A stretch of 4,170 nt of DNA, from the IMG/VR virus record IMGVR_UViG_2713896777_000015, one strand, 5' to 3'. Source of the stretch: a virus (taxonomy: Duplodnaviria; Heunggongvirae; Uroviricota; Caudoviricetes). Within the stretch, counting starts at the first letter, position 1. The number at the start of each line of letters is the position of its first letter. Shown here in pieces: positions 1-4,170 of the stretch. The notes beneath the pieces are model-generated. The model was not told the DNA's origin. It saw nothing but the letters and a program-made list of their open reading frames with translations, and made no database searches. The translations under genes were made by a program, and so were the position numbers.

Positions 1-18
1 TAAACAGATGACGATCAG

Positions 19-38
19 GGCGATTAACATCGCCTTTT
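19..38 (+). terminator. Possible short intrinsic-terminator hairpin (GGCGAT-TAAC-ATCGCC, then TTTT)
   Basis: Seen in sequence: 6-bp perfect stem 19-24/29-34 with a 4-nt loop, followed by TTTT at 35-38 on the + strand. It sits just beyond the stop (45-47) of the - strand gene. On the - strand it lacks a U-tract, so any terminator function is more likely for a + strand transcript entering from the left. Short stem, weak call. Confidence 0.2.
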
Positions 39-44
39 GCTGCT

Positions 45-434
45 TCATAGCCTGCTTCTCCTGCTTCTCCTTGCCTTCCGGCACTCGCGACAGATTATGT
101 TTAGACGACTGTCGTAGCGACGTATTTCTCCGTCAGGTAATGACCAGATAAGGTCCGGATCAACCACAGCAGGTTTCTTCACCTTTGCCCTCGAGAGTTT
201 TTTGCGGGCGTTTTGCCAGTCCTTACGCGCCTGTTCAGACGGGAATAACCCGTAACCAGAGCTGTATACATCGCCACTGGCAACCAGCTCTCTGGCCAGA
301 ACGCTCATCAGATATCTTGTTGCCCCAGTTTTAGCTTCCAGTTGTCGTAACGTCTCGCGCCCACTCTGGCGTACGAGTTCCACCACCTGCCCTTTAATTT
401 TTTCCCGCTCTTCTTGTGTAAAAACTTTTGCCAC
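45..434 (-). CDS. Hypothetical phage protein (129 aa), possible winged-helix DNA-binding protein, last gene of the replication operon
   Basis: Complete ORF from the six-frame track. Start is GTG at 434, preceded by AGGAGG (revcomp of 439-444) with a 4-nt spacer. It lies 40 nt downstream of the replication initiator on the same strand. The segment LRQLEAKTGATRYLMSVLARELVASG resembles a helix-turn-helix, and the C-terminus is basic (RKARRSRRSRL). It occupies the position of lambda P / phi80 gene 14 but is too small for a lambda-P-type helicase loader. Function not established. Confidence 0.6.
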   Translation of the reverse strand: MAKVFTQEEREKIKGQVVELVRQSGRETLRQLEAKTGATRYLMSVLARELVASGDVYSSGYGLFPSEQARKDWQNARKKLSRAKVKKPAVVDPDLIWSLPDGEIRRYDSRLNIICRECRKARRSRRSRL

Positions 435-474
435 AAGTCCTCCTGAACATTACTTTATACCCTAAAATCAACAC

Positions 475-1440
475 TTATCCCCTGAAACCAGGCGGAATTT
501 CTGTATCCGGTTCAGAAATATGATTCACACAACGCTGTACAGGTGAACGTCCCAGGCGGATGACCAGTTCGTCCCATTTTTCGCGGAGTTTTGACGGGCT
601 CATGATGTTTTTTACCCAGAATTGATCTCGCTGTACCCGACCAAACATTTCGCAAATTTGTCTGTGGCTTCTGCCATCCAGCATCCGCATTGTGCGCACG
701 TCATTGGCCCAGGCTGTCCAGTTAGGCTCTTTTGGTCGCATGATCTCTCCATCGTCGCTGGCAGCCTGTTCGTAAAGGTTCACGATCCGCCCCCAAATCC
801 ACTGCGCACACGCCAAATCCTCCCTGCTACCCCACTGGCGTTTTTTCGCACTAAACACAACCGCGTCGGGGTTCCGGGTTAAAAAATCCTGTTCAGCGGT
901 CTGCTGGTCCGGTTGCGAAGCTTCCGGACGAAAAGTGTTTTTATTCTCTGTAGTAATCTCTGTTGTATTCTCTGTAAGATCATCAGGCCATTTTGACCCG
1001 ATGACATTGGGTCGTTTTGAACCAATGGAGCGTTTCATTTTGACCTCTTCCATCGTGTCATTTTGACCTGATGGAGCGGCGCATTTTAAACCGATGGATT
1101 CGCTCAATTTGCCACCATCTAAAAGCTCGCTCCCGTAGTTGATCGTGTAGAAATTGGTCATATCGCGCTTTGATTTATTGAGCTTTTCACAACGCAAAAG
1201 CCCCAGCGTTTTCAGACTTGCAAACGCGCGCTTTAACGTTGACTCTGACCAGAATGGGAACTGTTCCAGCCATTGTTCCGTTGTGTTGTAAATCCAGCGA
1301 ACACCATCACATTCCATGCCGGAATTGGTATCTCTCAACCAGTAATGCAACTGCTGCAACACAATGGCTTCATTTAAGCCAATCTTCATCGCAAGCTGTG
1401 TGTTTATAACCAGTGGGCGTTCAGCAAAAAGAAGGCTCAT
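475..1440 (-). CDS. Phage replication initiation protein (lambda O-like role) with N-terminal HTH domain and DnaT-like C-terminal domain
   Basis: The C-terminal residues VNHISEPDTEIPPGFRG closely match the C-terminus of E. coli primosomal protein DnaT (recalled as ...SEPDSQIPPGFRG). The N-terminal MSLLFAERPLVINTQLAMKIGLNEAIVLQQLHYWL is the typical HTH N-terminus of phage replisome organiser proteins. The gene body contains iterons. The track ORF starts at 1494; I prefer the ATG at 1440 (Met19) because it shortens the overlap with the upstream gene from 74 to 20 nt and has a weak GGA-containing RBS. The start is ambiguous (1494, 1440 or 1389). Confidence 0.8.
   Translation of the reverse strand: MSLLFAERPLVINTQLAMKIGLNEAIVLQQLHYWLRDTNSGMECDGVRWIYNTTEQWLEQFPFWSESTLKRAFASLKTLGLLRCEKLNKSKRDMTNFYTINYGSELLDGGKLSESIGLKCAAPSGQNDTMEEVKMKRSIGSKRPNVIGSKWPDDLTENTTEITTENKNTFRPEASQPDQQTAEQDFLTRNPDAVVFSAKKRQWGSREDLACAQWIWGRIVNLYEQAASDDGEIMRPKEPNWTAWANDVRTMRMLDGRSHRQICEMFGRVQRDQFWVKNIMSPSKLREKWDELVIRLGRSPVQRCVNHISEPDTEIPPGFRG
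943..978. repeat. AT-rich tandem 12-bp repeats (ATTCTCTGTAGT / AATCTCTGTTGT / ATTCTCTGTAAG) next to the iterons; possible DNA-unwinding element of the ori
   Basis: Seen in sequence: three consecutive 12-bp units with 1-3 mismatches in a locally AT-rich stretch immediately adjacent to the iteron block. They encode the repeated TENTTEITTEN peptide in the initiator linker. Confidence 0.45.
989..1100. repeat. Putative origin of replication: five ~23-bp iterons (core CATTTTGACC-GATGGAG) inside the initiator gene
   Basis: Seen in sequence: iteron cores begin at 989 (cattttgacccgatga), 1013 (cgttttgaaccaatggag), 1036 (cattttgacct), 1059 (cattttgacctgatggagcg) and 1082 (cattttaaaccgatgga). Spacing is 24, 23, 23, 23 bp. 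In lambdoid phages the ori iterons lie within the O gene between its N- and C-terminal domains, and that is where these sit. The repeats encode the IGSK peptide repeats in the protein linker. Confidence 0.6.
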
Positions 1441-1942
1441 AATTCCATCCAGCTTTTTGTTGGTATTGCTGTCGATACGCAAGTTTGAAAGCAATTGCTT
1501 TTTCTATAAGTTCGTCAGTTTCACGATCCACTACGGCAGGATCAGCAAAAAGCAGTCCGGACTCCACCACATCGCCATATTCTTTGTTTAACCCGGCGAT
1601 CATGTACGTGATGCTTTTTCCGTCACTAATTTCACGATACAACCTGAAATCATTAATCCGAATAGCCTCCATAATTGCAGGCACTAGCGCCGTGAACTTT
1701 TCACGCTTATCCCTGGTGTCGATAGCCTTCCAGCGTTCGAATATCTTCACTCGATTAACGCCAAGTGCTCGCTGATCAACCGCGCCACCTTCATCTGTGA
1801 CACGCTGAACATCGATGTTCGGGCGCTCTTTCAAAGCCCAGAATGCTTCAGTGATTAATATCGTCGCCTGCTCCTGTGTCATTCCTGGTCGACATATCCA
1901 GGCATCCAGAGCCTCACGAGCCTGTTCAGGAGTGATTTTCAT
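1421..1942 (-). CDS. YdaT-like protein (173 aa) in the cII-equivalent position between the cro-like gene and the replication initiator
   Basis: Complete ORF with ATG at 1942, overlapping the stop of the upstream cro-like gene by 17 nt, which is consistent with translational coupling. It sits where Rac carries ydaT after ydaS. Motifs such as RVKIFERWKA and ALVPAIMEAI fit my recollection of the YdaT family, but this is not verified by a search. Confidence 0.7.
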   Translation of the reverse strand: MKITPEQAREALDAWICRPGMTQEQATILITEAFWALKERPNIDVQRVTDEGGAVDQRALGVNRVKIFERWKAIDTRDKREKFTALVPAIMEAIRINDFRLYREISDGKSITYMIAGLNKEYGDVVESGLLFADPAVVDRETDELIEKAIAFKLAYRQQYQQKAGWNYEPSFC

Positions 1943-2153
1943 TGTTCAACCGCCCCGCCCGCTTCGTCTTACGATATTCGTCATAAACCTTGGGATCATA
2001 CAGAAGCTCGCCGCCAGATGCCTCCTGTAGACGCATCGCGCGACCTTCAGGAACCAGCTCTTGCCATTGAGAAACAGCAGATGGGTCAACGCCAGCAGCT
2101 TTCGCTACTTTGGCTTTCGTACCGTAAAAATTAATTACGTCTGATTTAAACAT
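1926..2153 (-). CDS. dicC: Cro/DicC-like (YdaS-family) small transcriptional regulator, 75 aa
   Basis: Divergent from the repressor gene. The sequence ...LVPEGRAMRLQEASGGELLYDPKVYDEYRKTKRAGRLNNENHS matches my memory of the DicC/YdaS family. I prefer the ATG at 2153 (Met10 of the track ORF) because GGAGGT (revcomp of 2157-2162) lies 4 nt upstream. The track start at 2180 has no RBS and would sit inside the predicted promoter/operator. Confidence 0.8.
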   Translation of the reverse strand: MFKSDVINFYGTKAKVAKAAGVDPSAVSQWQELVPEGRAMRLQEASGGELLYDPKVYDEYRKTKRAGRLNNENHS

Positions 2154-2230
2154 CGCACCTCCAATATTGAGTTTTCTCAATGCTAATCACTCAAGGAATC
2201 TCAAGTCAAGGGTTATTAAGATATCTAAAT
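2154..2230. promoter_or_regulatory. Divergent promoter/operator region of the immunity switch between the cro-like and repressor genes
   Basis: Seen in sequence: a 16-bp palindrome ATTGAG-TTTT-CTCAAT at 2166-2181; direct repeats CTCAAG at 2190-2195 and 2200-2205; a GATATC-centred near-palindrome TTAAGATATCTAAA at 2216-2229 just upstream of the repressor ATG. A candidate - strand promoter for the cro-like gene has -35 TTGACT (revcomp of 2204-2209), an 18-bp spacer and -10 TAGCAT (revcomp of 2180-2185), so the palindrome overlaps the -10 and start site. I could not find a good + strand promoter for the repressor; the best -10-like element is TATTAA at 2214-2219, which would give a near-leaderless transcript as is common for PRM-type promoters. 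Confidence 0.55.
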
Positions 2231-2638
2231 ATGAACGAGAAAACTTTAGGTCAACGCATTAGAGAAAGACGTAAGCAGGTAGGCTTAAGTCAAAACGGTT
2301 TAAGCAAAGCTGCTGGCGTATCTGGCTCATCAATTTCATTATGGGAAAGTGACCATACAGCCCCGCGCGGGCAAAATTTGCATCGCCTCGCCGAGGTATT
2401 GCAATGTTCACCAACTTGGATACTGTTTGGCGACGAGGACAAAACACCAGCTCCCCCTGTTTCACTCGATAGTGCCTTAGACTTATCGGAAGATGAGTTA
2501 GAGATGCTGCGTTTGTATCGCGCACTTCCTAAATCAGAGCAACAAGCACAACTCAGCGAACTCCGCGCCCGCGTTGAGAATTTTAATCGCCTGTTCACCG
2601 AGCTATTAGAGGCTCGCAAACGCAACAAGCATCAATAA
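2231..2638 (+). CDS. dicA: XRE-family HTH repressor, DicA-like (CI-type prophage repressor), 135 aa
   Basis: N-terminal HTH (QRIRERRKQVGLSQNGLSKAAGVSGSSISLWESDHTAPRGQNLHRLAEVL) followed by LQCSPTWILFGDEDK, which I recall as essentially identical in E. coli DicA. The C-terminal region (...LSELRARVENFNRLFTELLEARKRNKHQ) is also DicA-like. Start placed at ATG 2231 (Met18 of the track ORF), matching the DicA N-terminus. The upstream extension to 2180 would overlap the operator and the cro-like start. Confidence 0.85.
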   Translation: MNEKTLGQRIRERRKQVGLSQNGLSKAAGVSGSSISLWESDHTAPRGQNLHRLAEVLQCSPTWILFGDEDKTPAPPVSLDSALDLSEDELEMLRLYRALPKSEQQAQLSELRARVENFNRLFTELLEARKRNKHQ

Positions 2639-2658
2639 TCATCCCTTCACAAAATTTT

Positions 2659-2693
2659 AAAGCCTTACATTTCAATGTATTGGCTTTATCTTG
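2659..2693 (+). terminator. Putative intrinsic terminator after the repressor gene
   Basis: Seen in sequence: AAAGCC (2659-2664) pairs with GGCTTT (2682-2687), with an internal palindrome ACATTTCAATGT, followed by the T-rich ATCTTG. Imperfect hairpin with a large loop, so the call is weak. By position it is analogous to lambda tImm. Confidence 0.3.
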
Positions 2694-2699
2694 CGCCAA

Positions 2700-2760
2700 C
2701 ACTTGAGTTTTCTCATCAAAAAACCTTGACGAAAAATAATGAGAAAACTAAATTACCTCC
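2700..2760 (+). promoter_or_regulatory. Second operator copy plus sigma70-like promoter for the repressor-distal operon (pL / PdicB analogue)
   Basis: Seen in sequence: TTGAGTTTTCTCA at 2703-2715 is an exact 13-bp copy of the operator core at 2167-2179. Immediately downstream are -35 TTGACG (2726-2731), a 17-bp spacer and -10 TAAATT (2749-2754). In Qin, DicA represses the dicB operon promoter located downstream of dicA (established knowledge); this arrangement is consistent with that. Confidence 0.5.
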
Positions 2761-2830
2761 ATCAAGACACCGCACGGTGTTCTCAGCAAACAGTTCCGCT
2801 ACCCCGGCGTTAAGGGGAAATGAGGTCAGC

Positions 2831-2983
2831 ATGGATACTATCGATCTTGGCAACAACGAATCTCTGGTATGTGGCGTGTTTCCCAATCAGGACGGCACGT
2901 TTACCGCGATGACGTATACCAGAAGCAAAACGTTTAAAACTGAAGCTGGCGCGCGTCGCTGGTTAGCCAGAAACACTGACTGA
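2831..2983 (+). CDS. ydfA: YdfA-like small protein (DUF1391 family), 50 aa
   Basis: MDTIDLGNNESLVCGVFPNQDGTFTAMTYTRSKTFKTEAGARRWLARNTD matches my recollection of Qin YdfA, the first gene after dicA. Start at ATG 2831 with GAGGT (2822-2826) 4 nt upstream. The track ORF's 5' extension to 2675 lacks an RBS and runs through the predicted terminator and promoter. Confidence 0.7.
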   Translation: MDTIDLGNNESLVCGVFPNQDGTFTAMTYTRSKTFKTEAGARRWLARNTD

Positions 2984-2994
2984 TGAGGTTGACG

Positions 2995-3633
2995 ATGGAA
3001 TTTAAAGATTTACCTCCTTCAATCCAGGAGATTGCAGCACACACACTTCGTCATCGTCTGAACGAACTTGAATTGGAATCGGTAACGAAAAAAGACACTG
3101 ATAATATGGCTCGTAATGTGCGCGATGCGTTTACCGGATTGTATTTCTGTGCGTCTATAAATAAACACGACTCAGAGAGTGTGGCAAATAAAATTGCAGA
3201 AACGACAGCGCAAAACATCAATACGAAACCAACGGAAGAAGAAATTGATCAGTTTGCTCATGATGCTGGTTTAAAAAACAAGAAAGAAAAATCGCCATAT
3301 GCGGGGAACATGTTTGTTTATGACAATCTCATCAGAATTCGTGGCGAAATTCCGGCGGAATACCTGGCAAGAGTCCATCAGGCATTGCTTAAAAATTTGG
3401 AAACAGAATTATTTGATGGCAACACTAACGGTTTCTTCATGGTATCAGGCCTTGAGAAAGACTGGGATGCAGAAAAACGCTGGAATGTTGCTACATGGTT
3501 ATTCAGTAACAGAGCCGCTGCACTGGAAGCTTCGGCATGTATTTGCGGCCTGTTCTTAACAGACCACAAATATAATCTGGATGTGTACAGTTATATTTAC
3601 GCTGAACACGGTCCACTCTGGATTGACTGGTAA
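2995..3633 (+). CDS. Hypothetical protein, 212 aa, no recognisable motif; AT-rich cargo gene in the repressor-distal early operon
   Basis: Long ORF (track 2983..3633). I prefer ATG 2995 because GAGG (2985-2988) lies 6 nt upstream; the alternative ATG at 2983 overlaps the ydfA-like stop (TGATG). GC content is visibly lower than the flanking backbone. I see no Walker A, HTH, HNH or other motif I can name. It sits where Qin carries ydfB-ydfC-dicF-dicB and where lambdoid phages carry accessory genes. Confidence 0.75.
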   Translation: MEFKDLPPSIQEIAAHTLRHRLNELELESVTKKDTDNMARNVRDAFTGLYFCASINKHDSESVANKIAETTAQNINTKPTEEEIDQFAHDAGLKNKKEKSPYAGNMFVYDNLIRIRGEIPAEYLARVHQALLKNLETELFDGNTNGFFMVSGLEKDWDAEKRWNVATWLFSNRAAALEASACICGLFLTDHKYNLDVYSYIYAEHGPLWIDW

Positions 3634-3843
3634 TTATAAGGAAACACCAGCAGGGCCGCGGCGACCAACAGAACGATTAAAATCAATAATGCCATTATAA
3701 AGGACATTATTTAATTTATCGTCGAATGCTGATTCTGTGAGCCTCAACTCTGAATGAGTTTTTAATAACCCTGATTGCCTGAGTTGATTTACCAGGCATT
3801 CAATCTGTTTTTCAATAAGCGGATTTCTTTTTTTGTTTGGCAT
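3634..3843 (-). CDS. Hypothetical small protein (69 aa), convergent with the 212-aa gene
   Basis: Preferred start ATG at 3843 (Met5 of the track ORF) with GGAGG (revcomp of 3849-3853) and a 5-nt spacer, a near-ideal RBS. The track start at 3855 has none. Its stop codon (revcomp of 3634-3636) directly abuts the + strand gene's TAA (3631-3633), giving TAATTA. Basic N-terminus (MPNKKRNPLIEKQ...). AT-rich. No clear promoter found in 3844-3900. Confidence 0.5.
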   Translation of the reverse strand: MPNKKRNPLIEKQIECLVNQLRQSGLLKTHSELRLTESAFDDKLNNVLYNGIIDFNRSVGRRGPAGVSL

Positions 3844-3903
3844 TTTATCCTCCATTGAGGTTCTGGGTTAAAAATGGAGACCAACACGCTGTCACGTGTG
3901 GTC

Positions 3904-4170
3904 GTGCGCCGGACACGGATAAGAATCCGGTACTGACAGTTTACTGAAAGGATATTTCCCTGAAAAGTCAGGGCATAACGCGAAAGCGTACGGCGAAGCT
4001 CTTTCCCTTAGAAGGCTTGTCGTTAGATTTCTTCGAACGTGCGCTTCCGGTTGTGGCACTCCGCGAAATGGCGCGGCGGTAAGTATGGCGGGGTTATTCC
4101 TTCCCCATTGAGGACACCGGGTTGTCAGGTTGACCATACGCTTAAGTGACAACCCCGCTGCAACGCCCTC
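3904..4170 (+). ncRNA. GC-rich highly structured segment, probably the 5' part of a structured RNA or RNA-based mobile element (truncated by the window edge)
   Basis: Seen in sequence, + strand: GTGCG at 3904-3908 (second copy 4039-4043); hairpins CGGAT-AAGA-ATCCG (3916-3929), CCCTGA-AAAG-TCAGGG (3958-3973), ACGC-GAAA-GCGT with a GNRA loop (3978-3989), CCGCG-AAATGG-CGCGG (4061-4076), GGGG-N9-CCCC (4090-4106) and a 9-bp stem GGGTTGTCA/TGACAACCC with a 19-nt loop (4119-4155). Loops are purine-rich on the + strand and pyrimidine-rich on the - strand, which favours a + strand RNA. All three + frames hit stops between 4109 and 4149 and the only - strand ORF uses a TTG start with no RBS, so the segment is non-coding. 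Identity unresolved. Confidence 0.35.

Noticed and set aside
622-882. 86-aa + strand ORF antisense to the replication initiator gene
   Set aside because: Lies entirely inside the well-supported - strand initiator CDS. Pro/His/Cys-rich, low-complexity translation with no RBS; typical antisense shadow ORF.
1218-1775. Three + strand ORFs (1218..1409, 1364..1591, 1485..1775) antisense to the initiator and YdaT-like genes
   Set aside because: All are embedded in the opposite strand of strongly supported genes, have serine/leucine-rich or hydrophobic junk-like composition and lack convincing RBSs.
1815-2030. 71-aa + strand ORF overlapping the cro-like and YdaT-like junction
   Set aside because: Antisense to two good genes; no RBS; no recognisable features.
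2153-2231. Longer start codons proposed by the ORF track for the cro-like gene (2180) and the repressor (2180)
   Set aside because: Both extensions start at the same position on opposite strands inside the operator/promoter region and have no RBS. The internal ATGs at 2153 and 2231 fit the known N-termini of DicC/DicA-like proteins, and 2153 has a strong RBS.
2259-2628. Two - strand ORFs (88 aa, 112 aa) inside the repressor gene
   Set aside because: Antisense to the DicA-like CDS, which has a clear HTH and conserved motifs; the antisense translations are Ser/Arg-rich and lack RBSs.
2675-2830. 5' extension of the ydfA-like ORF (track start 2675, 102 aa)
   Set aside because: The extension would read through the predicted terminator, operator copy and promoter and has no RBS. 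The conserved small-protein sequence begins at MDTIDLGN (2831) with a good RBS.
3299-3569. Overlapping ORFs (+ 86 aa, - 63 aa) inside the 212-aa gene
   Set aside because: Alternative-frame or antisense ORFs within a longer, better-supported CDS; no independent start signals.
3655-3662. Perfect 8-bp palindrome GCCGCGGC near the convergent gene junction
   Set aside because: Too short and without a loop or U-tract to be a terminator; it lies within the 3' end of the 69-aa ORF and may be coincidental.
3745-3753. Partial third copy of the operator core (TGAGTTTTT) inside the 69-aa gene
   Set aside because: Only 9 of 13 bases match and the partner half-site is missing; likely chance occurrence in AT-rich sequence.
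3892-4152. 86-aa - strand ORF across the GC-rich structured segment
   Set aside because: Starts with TTG and has no RBS. The translation is Arg/Pro-rich, and the region is better explained by + strand RNA hairpins with purine-rich tetraloops.
1-4170. CRISPR array, tRNA/tmRNA, integrase or transposase
   Set aside because: No regularly spaced direct repeats with unique spacers, no cloverleaf-compatible tRNA-like segment, and no ORF with recombinase or transposase character in this window. The structured segment at the 3' end does not match my memory of tmRNA, RNase P, 6S or SRP RNA.

Overview
This window looks like the immunity and replication core of an enterobacterial lambdoid (Qin/Rac-like) prophage. 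All protein identities are from my recall of sequence motifs and gene order, not from a database search. The centre is a divergent switch: a DicA-like repressor on the + strand (2231..2638) and a Cro/DicC-like regulator on the - strand (1926..2153), separated by a 77-bp operator/promoter region with a 16-bp palindrome. Leftward on the - strand, the Cro-like gene is followed by a YdaT-like gene, a replication initiator with a DnaT-like C-terminus and five embedded ~23-bp iterons (putative ori), and a small putative winged-helix protein. Rightward on the + strand, the repressor is followed by a possible terminator, a second copy of the 13-bp operator core next to a sigma70-like promoter, a YdfA-like small gene, and a 212-aa protein of unknown function in an AT-rich island. 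A 69-aa gene converges on that protein with abutting stop codons. The last ~270 bp are GC-rich and fold into several tetraloop hairpins on the + strand, suggesting a structured RNA cut off by the window edge. The two most interesting items are the unknown 212-aa/69-aa cargo pair and that structured RNA. No tRNA, rRNA, CRISPR array, integrase or transposase is visible.
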